34,818 bases of DNA, taken from Klebsormidium nitens. Its lineage: Eukaryota; Plantae; Klebsormidiophyceae. The DNA lies in contig DF237716.1 of the NCBI GenBank assembly GCA_000708835.1, forward strand, positions 1 through 34,818. The letters run 5' to 3'. Positions 1 to 10,672 of the stretch are shown here, one piece after another. Every line of letters begins with the position of its first letter. Position 1 is the stretch's first letter. The notes under the pieces are model-generated. The model made no database searches. It was not told the origin of the DNA and saw only the letters and a list, made by a program, of their open reading frames with translations. The position numbers were made by a program, and so were the translations under genes.

Positions 1-555
1 CATCAGCAGGTGGAGCTACCAGCTGGCCGCTGTATAATGGTTCCAAATCTAATCCTGTCTGGCATACCTATATTGGAGACCTCATGAGCTGTCCCCCTAC
101 CGTACGTTACCCGGAGCTTGTTGATATAAGGTAAAGCAGGGCTTTCACGGCTTCGGCGAGAAAAATGGAATTAGACGTGCCTCAATGGTGCTAGCGCTGG
201 TTCTGAGGTCCTTTAATAGTCGGCGGAACCTGAGTTCGATCGGGGTCCACGGGTGACGTCGACGGTCGGATGAGCCCCGGCTCTATGTTTAAACCAGCGA
301 TCAACGTCCAGAATAATGCATATCACCAGGCTCAAGCCGACCGTGCGCATCTGTCAGCACTAGCTGCCTGTCTGGTTTTCCTGGCCGGGCCGACGTGATT
401 ACGGATTTACGGTACCTACTGGCAAAACCACCCGCTCGTCTGTGCGGTTCCAAGTACGTATTACGGAAGTGTTCACTAAACGGAGTGTTCACTTGTAAAG
501 GTCCACAAGGCCCGGGCACACAAACGAAAAAACCTTAACCTAATTTAGTATCACA

Positions 556-600
556 CGCTCCGCACCCCTACCCACCCTAACCACCAAAGCAACCCTATCC
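556..600 (+). repeat. Dispersed C-rich (CCCTAA-containing) repeat module, copy 1
   Basis: CGCTCCGCACCCCTACCCACCCTAA (556-580) matches the reverse complement of 22978-23002 at 23/25. Confidence 0.6.
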
Positions 601-3068
601 GTTAACCTGTGTTGCCAGCGTAATAGTGAACACTTCCGTCAGTCCTTCCGTTGCTAAAGTCGGCATGTACGCTGATCCGGTTAAAGGTATGCCGCAGCGT
701 AACCGAACACGGCATGACGACATGGTCGATCTGCGGAGCTCCGTACATTTTGTTGCAAAATTCCTATTCGCTGCATTAAAAGGAGTCCGGACTCTGGAGT
801 CGTGCGTGTACGGACACGTTTGATTGTGTCCAAGTTTCCGCACTGTTCAAGTTGTCAGTGGTTGTGAAAGTCTGAAGGTATATGAAACCAGCGCGAGGAT
901 CATGGGCGAGCTAGCTGCGCTCATGAGCCGTACGCACTTCGCTGATCACATGTCCAACAGTGTCAGACTCAATAGACCGTAGATGTTGTGGCCAGCTGGC
1001 GGCTCGCCCTGCAATATGGCCAGCTGGCGGCTCGCCACTCCCGGCCAAAAGTTCTCTGGTCAACGAAGTGATACCGGAGTGAGTCCGGCCGCGATTCATC
1101 GGACGGGCGTCGGCCAAAAAGCCGACAAAAGTGTGGTAATCTAGAGGGGTCTGGGTGATCTACAAGCAGACCGGTGCAAGGCATCGAAACTTCAAAGGGT
1201 CCAGGGACTCCAGTGACAAGAAATTACAGAGAGATCAGCGGCCGGCCAGCCGACGGGCTATCGGCTGACGTTTGCGCCCTCGCTTCTTGACGGGTCTTGT
1301 CCAATCCGTCCAAGCCGTCCTCTTTCAAACGTGGAATCGGTCTGACAGAATACTTACTACTGGTCTGCTAGCAAGTGCCCGTCAGAACTACTTCCGAAAG
1401 TTACGGCCAGCTGTGTACTAGCGCCGACCGGCCACGTGAGTCGCTGAGAACACTGGCAGCGCTGGACATGAGCTTCTAGAAACTGCAAGACGAATGTACA
1501 ATTGCAATCACTTCGTTGCGGCAGATAATACTGGCAGGTTGGCACTAGACGTACTGCGGTAATGTTTGAATGTAGTGATAATCCGATAGTCAGGAAACTG
1601 TCTAGTATTTGTCCATTATATTCGTCTACGCCATATAGATACCTGCGTTCATGGGTGATTCGTCGAACGTTTCGGTCCCAAACGTTTTTGTCCCCAATAG
1701 TTGGTATCGTACGGCGATACCATAAACCTTATAGCGACTCGGACTTGCGAACCAGAGGCGGACTCTGCCTACCGTCGGACGGTAGGCAATTATGCACGTG
1801 GCAACCTATGCCGGGCCTGCGGCTATATGTAGTGAGATCGGCTGCGCCTGAGAAACAGTGTAGACAGCTGGTCAAGACCACGTACTGTTGCATGCTTCTT
1901 TTACAAATATAATAACATTCAACTTCCTTCCAAACTGATCCTTTCAAGAAGACGAACACCACAGAAACCAACCCCGAACCCATGATGGGACTTTTGAAAC
2001 CAGATGACTCTTCTTCCTGCAATATCTGTTTCTGGAGCCATTGATGGCCGGGCGGATCCTATGGGGATCCTATACAAGAGAGGGCGCCCCAAGTATCCAT
2101 AGTCGACGATTGCCTGGCCGACTGGAAGCACTCTGATTTTCCAAAATTTCGAAGCCACAGAATCGGATTTCAGAGAAGCTCTATCCGAAAAACGTAGCTT
2201 CAAGTTTCCGCCTTACCCCTCTGGGCAGGCAGAAGAGGTTCGAGGGAGTGCAATTCGTGGAATCACTGGTAGCAGGGTGTGGCAATAAGAAAGAGAACCC
2301 GGGATAGCTGCAACTGGCAAAAACCTTGCGTGCAATTGCGCCGGCCTCGCTGACTGCGCGTGGACGGCAGCAATGAGCGCGCGCAACCGGAGGGCGAGCG
2401 AATTTGCTTTGCTTCCGAAGCGATTGCTCAAGTTCGCCGGAGAAAAAAGCACTCCTATTCGCACGGTTCGAGATAATGGCACCAATCCGGGTGTCGCCGG
2501 GCAGCCGGGGCCCGTCGTGACTGACGTGACGCCTCTCATGGCGCCCCGGGTAGGCAACTCATGATGCTTTAAACACAGAGGGAACTTTGAAAACATGGCC
2601 TCTGTTTTTACATAAACTTTGAGAAATGGTGTAAAAACTTGGTTGAACTCGTGTTAAACTGGGCATAGCGCGCTTTGCCTGGCCAGCGCACCCCGGGGGA
2701 GCGTCAATACGGTTTTGCTCTCTATTTCTAATTACCAAGAAGAGAGTGAACGTGCAAGCAACACTGGAGACTTCAACCGCCACCGTCGGCGCTCCTGAGT
2801 TCGGAGCGCTCGGCGGCAGACCGGAAAATTGCTGAAAGCGACGGCGGAGCACTCGATATATACGGGTGAGCTTCTAGAAGAATCTGCTTCGCTAAAGCGG
2901 GCTGGCTGCGCCGTCTGCTATGGTGACAGCCAGATACCTTTTTGAACTGGCGCTTGTCTCCGCTTTAAATGACTTGCCGCCTAGTCTAATTTCTAACAGG
3001 GCCGTGCGAGCCGTCAGATATGTTAGAAGTATTTGCGCACTGCCACTCGGGCCACACTGGCGCCAGTG

Positions 3069-3166
3069 NNNNNNNNNNNNNNNNNNNNNNNNNNNNNNNN
3101 NNNNNNNNNNNNNNNNNNNNNNNNNNNNNNNNNNNNNNNNNNNNNNNNNNNNNNNNNNNNNNNNNN
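3069..3166. other. Assembly gap (run of 98 N)
   Basis: Directly visible N run; ORF-track entries spanning it are artefacts. Confidence 0.99.
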
Positions 3167-6100
3167 ACTTCTAACAAGATATTCCGATATTGGCTCTGTC
3201 AGTTGTGGAGCTCAACCGTAAGATTCTAGTCGTTTGAAGATTGTCCTGCGCAGATCGCAGGCTAGCTTTCCAACCCAATTGCGGGCACACTTTTAAGGGC
3301 GCAGCGTTGCTCAATCTCTTATTTTCTCTGCTAGAGTCGGGAATTTCCTCACGCTTACGGCGCCCGTTCCGGCCGTGAAATCCGCCTAGCGGCAGGACCG
3401 GAACAAGCGGAAGCAACCAAGGGCGCCACGGCCGCGGCCGCGGACGGAGCCGCCCGCGGTCCCCGTCGGCGGAGAGGCGGCGAAGGAGTGACGATAGGTG
3501 TACAAGTGCAGCGCACAACATCGGAAGCAGCTGTTGACACATGGAACTTTTATTCAGATCTGAAAGATTTCCGCGATATGACAAGAAGATTTTGCTTTCA
3601 ACCAAACCTGGTTTAAGGGCAACTACCAGAGTTGGGAGCCACGTACTGGTGCGGCGAGAGCGTCTCCTGCTCTCATCGAATGCAACCTTAAAGCATCCTG
3701 CAGATATTTCAAAAACATTCTCAGAAGACATTGGTGAGTCTGGCTGATATTTCAATGGAAAGTCTAGGAGCTAAATGAAGCTTGGAAGGAACGTGGACAA
3801 GCTCAGGGCATGCACCGTGTAAGGCATTCAAGTGTTCAGTATGTGTCTCTAAAATATCGAAGGACCGCAAATGGCCGCAGCAACTCAAACCCAAGTTGAG
3901 ACTGGACGTCTACATGCGCCTGTCTTTGCAAGCGTTTCTTCGGACGCCTCTGGAGGTATGTATTCTGTTCAGCGATACGGCCCGCGAAAGATATGATGAT
4001 TCAGACTTGTCTGGTAGTCAGAAATAAACGGTACTTGAAGAAGTTCAGATTTCTGCCGACTAGCTGAACCTGATAAGGGCGAGAAGAAGGTGACCGTAGG
4101 GGCTTTTCTGCTCATGTCTTATCCACCTTCTTCGTGATATAATCTACTCGGGATTCCGTACGTCTCCGACTGTAATTGCGTCAATCGTACATCAGTCAAC
4201 CCGCTGCTTCGAGAAGACGCCTAAGCGAGCGAGAAGCAGAAGCCGGTTACTCAATCCCGGTCTCAGCCAACTTGCCCCAAACCCTACGCTTCGATCTTCT
4301 AGAACGAGAAAGGGGAAGAGAATATAAAACAAACGGAATACCAAAGCCGAACGGAGAGCGCCGACCCCGGTCGTCCTGGGCCCTGGCTGTGGACGGCTCG
4401 GATGCACGCCATCCGCTTGAATCTCAGGACCCAAGTCCTGAGAAAAGCACTAATTGACCGTGTTGGGAGGAGAGTGCGTAAGAAGTCGAAACCCCGGAAA
4501 CTTCGACTGTTTTCGTGGATGAGGGAAGCTCGCATGACGAAAAGCGAATCGACGACGACTCTGAGGACACTGATGAAGAACGAGGTTCAAAAAAGGGACC
4601 TCGCAGGCTGCTTACGTATGTAAGTGTTCAGAATGATCTTGTAGGATGAGACCTTCAGCGGAAGAGTAAAGCACAGATGATGTCCCGGCCGAGCCGCACA
4701 GAGCCGTCCTTCAGAAGGGCAGCAACGACTGCACGGGATTCTCCTCGACTTAGAGGAACCCTGGGAATCAGCGCAAAAAGAGGAACGCGCGTTAAGAGGA
4801 AAGCGCGTTGATCTAGGGGGCTGAACGACCTTTCCCGGCCAAACCCCGAACGCGAAGACACTTCGTGGCTGGAAACTTCACATGCAGTCTGTCGTTCGGA
4901 AGGATGCACTAAAGCAGAACCGGTCACGGTCAGCCAGGCAAGTTCTGGGCTGGCTAAAACGGGTTCTTAATTAGCAGACGTCTGCACACCTGGCCGGGGG
5001 ACAATCAAGCCGCAGAGAGGAAAGATCGTCAAAGCTAAACTCAGAAAGGGGTATCCTGAGCGCGACTCAGGCAATCTGTTGACAAACAACCGGGGCCAAC
5101 AAATTCGTCTTCCGTTATCACCAGTCTTTTGAAATCTAGTACTGGGAGTCTTCTCAACGAAGCTTATGAAGCTCTTGATTGCTCTGGGCCGGCAATCCCC
5201 TTGTTTGGGAAGGAATGTGACGAGCCGGTTTAGTCGCGAAGCCGTTGTAGCGCGCTCGGGATAGTTGCATCAGCACAGAACGTCTTATCTTCCTTGACGG
5301 CAGCCACTGCATGCGGTGATCATGTATCTTAAGGACCTCCGATCTATCTCTAGTACCAGCGCCTCGATATAATCTCACCTTCACGTTTCGGTCCGCCTTC
5401 GGATATCTGGCAGCTCTCCACACGGCGATTGGAAGCGCGCCGGCACGAAACTTCTCCAATTGAACGCCTCGCTTCTACTACTAGTAACAGCAAACTTTCT
5501 GCGATGGCCTCAACGTCGGAAGTTTTGCAGCCGCCGTACACAGCCTTGACATCCACGAGGTCCTGCGTTGAGTCTCATTGTCTACTTGGCAGCTGGCCAA
5601 GTCTTTCAGGGCCCGTTTGCGTCCTGATAAAGAAAGCCTGGTTTTGGAAAGTGCCCTTTAAGTGCGATCCGTTCTGGTACAGTCTCTTGAGCAATCATTG
5701 TAACCATAGTTAACGCCGCCCGGCTTGTTTGACGGGACTACTCAAACACTGGTGGGAAGAGCGCAACGTCGCTGTAGCGGCGCACTGCGGCATCAAAATC
5801 TCACCGGACATCCCAATCTCAGCGTGCTCGAGCCATCTGCATGATCAGTAATCAGTACCGCGTTTCGGTTCGATTAGGCCCAGCACACGCTGTTGCTCGT
5901 TTTGCCCTGTTGTGAAAATATATCTGCATGCAATCAGTTTTGCTAGTACTATTGAAACATCCCGCGGGCCGCCGCGGCACTCAGCAGCCGCAGCAGCTAG
6001 TTTGCAAGTCTTCCAACTTGGCAATTAATGGTAGTACCGTACTGCTAACTATTTATCAGCGAGCCGTCTTCTCCGGACTCATTTGGCACGTGAAAGGCTT

Positions 6101-7848
6101 GTTGAAACATAGCTATATAGCTCATTACATGACTAACTTGAGCACGGCAACGTGCAATGTTCGGGTTAATACCGACCACTCGGCGGCAGGTTGCTGCAAG
6201 CCTCCGACAGGCATATGGGTCACTGCTGTCACTATGACAATGATCGGCGCCGGGCCAAGCTTGCTACGAACGGTTTTCTTTGATCAGTTACAATGCCAGT
6301 AATGCCATGATGGACAACGTATTTGAATTATATCAGTGACTTGAGTCATGAGTTAATGAGCGGCCTGTGAATCATGCAGATCAGATACGTATGCATACTA
6401 TACCACGGATTGCGAAACGGGTGAATGGCAAGGGGCGTGCATGGCTCACTGCAAGGATCCGACGCGGAGTCCCAACCGTTTCAACCAGCAGCGCGAGCCG
6501 CGCGCACCCTTAAGGATCACACTGGCACTTTAAATGACGGTAACTTCAATAGGACGGTCTGGCCGGCCCGGAATTACAAAGATAAAGATGATTAGCTGGT
6601 ACTCTGATAATAAGACTCATTGTTTGCCAAGTTGGGCTCGTTAATAGCACCTTGGTGGTGCTAGGTGATCATTTCAAGCTCCGTGAATCACTAAGCATCA
6701 GTTTCTTAGGTTCGACTTCCATACAAGTCGGGACTTGAATGCAAGAAAAGCAGGTTCTGATACCCGTGTACAACGTATGCTGGGGGACCTTCGTGTCAAT
6801 CACTGGCTTCAGAAGGCGCACTGCAGATGTCCGCAACACTGCAGCCCTAGGACTTGGTATCTGACCAGAATACTGGATAATCACGGACGCTATAAAGCAA
6901 CAGTTCTGCGCAAACTCACAACTTGCAAACATGGTTACCCTGGCCGAGTCCCTCCTAAACAAGACACATTTCTGCCGGACCTACTTGGACGACCTCGTTG
7001 TCTTTCCGTTTTCCTTGACCTTTTCTCGTGCTTCTTTGTTCGCTTTCTGACGCGCAGCCGCCGCAAGCTTTCTATCCTGCAACTCTCTCTTCTGGCACAT
7101 GACGACCTCATATACCGACACGTCTCCAAGCTGCAAAGAGCACACGTGGCATGAGGCGGTCGACATTCGTGGAATGTCGGTGGACGTGACATGTCTGCCA
7201 GTCTATCTTCTGTGACTGTGGTTACACCTGTGACTTAAGGCGAAATGCCTTTCAAGCGCTGCCGCCAGGGACTAGAAAAGAGCTCTTCTTCATTTTCAGG
7301 CATGTATGTAAAAGTTGAAAGAAGCCAAAAGCACAGTACCTGCTCTTTCAGGATTACACGGCCCTGATTCTGAGCGGGGACTGCGACATACAAAGAGACA
7401 GACTGCTTCACCATCAGAGGTGGACTTTTACCAAAGCTGCGAAACAACGTGCTTCAAACAACCCTGACAAGGTCGAATCAGGCCCTTGGGTGTGCCTGTC
7501 CCTTTGCCTATGTAGACCATCCTAACCACAAACTCTGCCTTCCCAGGACCTTACAACTTCTAGGGAGGCCAAAATGCAGTGTCTGCAATTTCCACTCTCA
7601 AGAACCAACTCAGCGGGCATGGCTCGACAAACTCACTGACAAGGACAACCTTCCAAAAGGCATACGAATCATAGGAATCTTCTCTTCCGCTTAAACAGGA
7701 CAACAGAAGGAAGGTAAGAGTTTAGAAGCACTAGCGAATCTTCTGTCCGGAAGAGAGGGTCAGCTCCAAACGTGCAAGGTTATTCCTGCGCCTTTCTATG
7801 AAGGCTTGTTCTTCGACCCTCAAGCTTTCAGATTTCACATCATCCGTC

Positions 7849-9444
7849 CTAGGTAGGAATTGCCTGATTGAGCAAAGACAAGTCAACTGCCAGACAACTG
7901 GTCAAAACTAAGAAAATGAGGTCAGGTTTTGCTTTTGGACGTACCTTGATGTATCTCTCCACAGATAGCGGGTCTGGCCACTGCCCGAGAAGCCGGCCGC
8001 GGGTGGTGACTCGCACACCCAATGCTGCCAACGCTGTCTCAATCAGTTTTTTTCTCGCCTCCTCTAGTTCCTGCTCTTTCAGATTGTATAACCGCATGCG
8101 CCGAATCCGCTCCAGCGTGATGGACGTCGTGTGCTCCCTATGTTTCAAGTACTCCAGAAAAACACCCTCGGAGTACGGGACGCTGTCTAAGAAGGTTTTG
8201 ATTCGTTGAAGGTCCTTTCCATCGATGCTCCAGAAGGGGGTTTCATCACCAATGTCCAGATCCAACTCTGATTCAGGGAATCTGGCCAAGTCAGCTTTAA
8301 ACAACTTCTCGATCCACTCAAGCTCTGTGTCAAGAATCTCTTGGCGCCTTCGAATCTCGTACTCAACCTGTGTCTCGCCTGCTGGCCACCATTCTTGGAC
8401 CCTCGAAAGCTCACTCTCCCCTCCCTCTTTGTCTATCCTGTCGAGTAGGCGCTTGATTCTCCTGGATGCTGAGAAGGCGTCAAGGCTTTTCTTGACGGCA
8501 GTGTCGCAACTGCAGTTCTCTGGGTTTGGCAGCAGTGCAGAGCTCAGCACCCTTCCAATCCTGCAGGTTTGCACAGACAGTCCCGCCCCGGAACCAGGAA
8601 ACTTTTCTCTGTGGAGCAGTTGGCCTCCATCCCAACCCTGGTAGACTCCAATCAGGTGGCCATTCAGGCAACAGTGGCCGCTCACATTTACGCCGTTGCC
8701 TTTGGTTAGCTGGAAATTGAACTTCCCATCGCGGGGGACTGGCTCAGTGTCACAGATTGGATTATCGAAGATCGCAGGAGGGAGCATCACCAAGGGCGCC
8801 TGACAATACGCGCACAGGTCCGTTGCCATCTTCTGCAGTTGCTTCTGCGCATAGCCAGGCGCGTTCAGGTACGCGACAGCTCCCAATCTCCTCGCAATTG
8901 CAGAGTGCTCGAACCTCTGGACCACACCTCGGAACACCATACCCAGAAGCCCTATGGAACCGCACCGCTGGCTCCGCATCTCATGCGAGCAGGGGCTGCT
9001 GACAAAGAGAACATCTGACGCGAACTGTGCCATCAAGCCCAGGTCTTTGTTGACTTGAGGCCCCGTCTGGAAACCGCTTGCTGTTTCATGCATGTGTCCC
9101 AGGATGTCTTCGTAGACACCGGCGAGTCTCTCAGCACGCTCCCAGTTGGCACTAGTCTCAAGACCGGGGCAGTAGAGCAAGAGCTTGTAAACACCTAGCC
9201 AACCCCCTGGAGGAGATGCCGAAGTAACGCTGTACAACAGAGAGTTGCATAACGCCGGCGCCGCTTCCAAGCAGAGCTGCCTCCAGAGGTCCCCTTCCAT
9301 CACTTGTCTCCAGCGTTTGCATACGCATGCAAGCGCCACCAAATGCATAGGGCTTGGCCCCAGCTTGAGGAAAATCGAAGCGAGCAGCTCTTGGCCCAGA
9401 TCTTCTACTGTAACCGTGCCGGTGTTCCGCTTCATCGTCGCCAT
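7849..9444 (-). CDS. EID1-like (EDL family) F-box protein with a long charged C-terminal extension
   Basis: 541-codon open frame; first ATG at 9444 (MATMKRN). N-terminal F-box LGQELLASIFLKLG..LACVCKRWRQVMEGDLWRQLC, then EID1/EDL-type motifs KLLLYCPG, DVLFVSSPCSH, VFRGVVQRF, CAYCQAPL, CCLNGHLIG. The last about 30 codons may be intronic (AAG|GTACGT donor at 7945/7944). Confidence 0.85.
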   Translation of the reverse strand: MATMKRNTGTVTVEDLGQELLASIFLKLGPSPMHLVALACVCKRWRQVMEGDLWRQLCLEAAPALCNSLLYSVTSASPPGGWLGVYKLLLYCPGLETSANWERAERLAGVYEDILGHMHETASGFQTGPQVNKDLGLMAQFASDVLFVSSPCSHEMRSQRCGSIGLLGMVFRGVVQRFEHSAIARRLGAVAYLNAPGYAQKQLQKMATDLCAYCQAPLVMLPPAIFDNPICDTEPVPRDGKFNFQLTKGNGVNVSGHCCLNGHLIGVYQGWDGGQLLHREKFPGSGAGLSVQTCRIGRVLSSALLPNPENCSCDTAVKKSLDAFSASRRIKRLLDRIDKEGGESELSRVQEWWPAGETQVEYEIRRRQEILDTELEWIEKLFKADLARFPESELDLDIGDETPFWSIDGKDLQRIKTFLDSVPYSEGVFLEYLKHREHTTSITLERIRRMRLYNLKEQELEEARKKLIETALAALGVRVTTRGRLLGQWPDPLSVERYIKVRPKAKPDLIFLVLTSCLAVDLSLLNQAIPT

Positions 9445-10159
9445 GGAGAAGGGGGCTGGATTGCTTCTCAGCACGTAAGAAAGTCCAGCTGGAATGCGTC
9501 CCCTGATCCCCTAGACCTAACCCCAGAATGCAGCTTCTTCCCCATGCCCCATTCTCAGAATCCTGGAAATGCACGCAGCAAGCTACGATCTAGGTACGAG
9601 GGAAACAATGGATCGGCAATGGTTATTGGCCAGGCCGCCCGGCCAGACCGTCTGACCGGACTGCGCGTCAACCATTCCCACTCCGAGCCGGGCCTGTGCA
9701 TGATCACCACTTCATGCGGTGACTCTAGCTGGAGTGGAGGCAGGAGTCAGGACACGCCCGCCTACCTTCAAAAAACATACCGTAGTAGCCTGACAGGAAG
9801 GCTGTCCACTCCAGCCTTCACAACCCGATCAGGGCGCAGAGGTCATCAGGCTTAAGGTCAGCTTTTTATGAGGGGTGTTGCTACTATTATAGGCGGGGAG
9901 CACTGTGAATTTAGCCGTGCAAAGCGAACAAAGTGGAGGAGCCAGAATCCGGATCTCAGTAAGATCAAACGGGGCGCAGTTGCCGATGAGATTAGCGCAG
10001 ATCAAGACGGTGACTCGTACTTGCAGCCCTGTCTGAAAGGTTTGGACCTAGACTCTAAGCTGCCCATCTTGGCTAAGTTTGACCTTTTTCACACGCACGC
10101 AATTTGCTGCTTGATCCCAGATAATGTGGTCTACTAAGGGCTGAAACTTTAGTCACGCT
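9445..10159. promoter_or_regulatory. Short intergenic region between divergently oriented F-box and threonine deaminase genes (candidate bidirectional promoter plus both 5' UTRs)
   Basis: The two start codons (9444 minus, 10160 plus) are 715 bp apart, head to head. No specific motif identified. Confidence 0.5.
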
Positions 10160-10672
10160 ATGCCAGCATTAGCGACCCCTCGCCTGACCAGCGGGGGGGT
10201 GCTCAACCACTCTTCTCAGGCCCCCGTTGCTGACAAGTTTCCCAGTCGGCAGCTTTCACCAGAGGCTTTCAAAGTCAGTAGCTTCTCGTTTTCTGGCTCC
10301 ACTTTTGGCAGCCCCATATTTACAGGAAGATCAGGAACAGAAGAGCTGTTTAAGGTCAGCGGGAGGAACCGCGTGGTTCAGCAGAACTGCGCACGATGTG
10401 AAGTGGCAGCCAGAGAGTCGTTCCGCAGAGGCGATGATGTCAGCAGGCCTGGTGGGGGGTGGGGCACGACGCCAGCAAGAGCGGCCGGGCCCATTCGCAA
10501 ACGGGGGGCCAGCGTGCGATGCCGAGTTGCTGCTAGGGAAGCCCCCCCGGGGGCGGACAAACTGGCGCTTCCTGTAATTGAGGAGGAGGTCCCGGCAACG
10601 TGTGAAAAGGCCCCGGAGCTGCCGAAGTACGCGGCCCCTGAGTTCCCTAGGAGACTGCCGTCGCAATTGCAG
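10160..10672 (+). CDS. OMR1: Threonine deaminase exon 1 (Ser/Arg/Ala-rich transit-peptide-like N-terminus, 171 codons)
   Basis: ATG at 10160, open frame to CAG|GTGCGC at 10672/10673; phase 0 fits exon 2. No recognisable catalytic homology, so the start is inferred. Confidence 0.7.

Noticed and set aside
7500-7520. VYIGKG on the minus strand resembling a GIY-YIG nuclease motif
   Set aside because: Isolated 6-mer in a frame with nearby stops; other GIY-YIG motifs not found.
9445-9474. ORF-track start of the F-box ORF
   Set aside because: Non-ATG start; first ATG is at 9444.
9868-10137. 89-aa ORF just upstream of the deaminase ATG
   Set aside because: No recognisable homology; length is within chance. 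A uORF role cannot be judged without a TSS.
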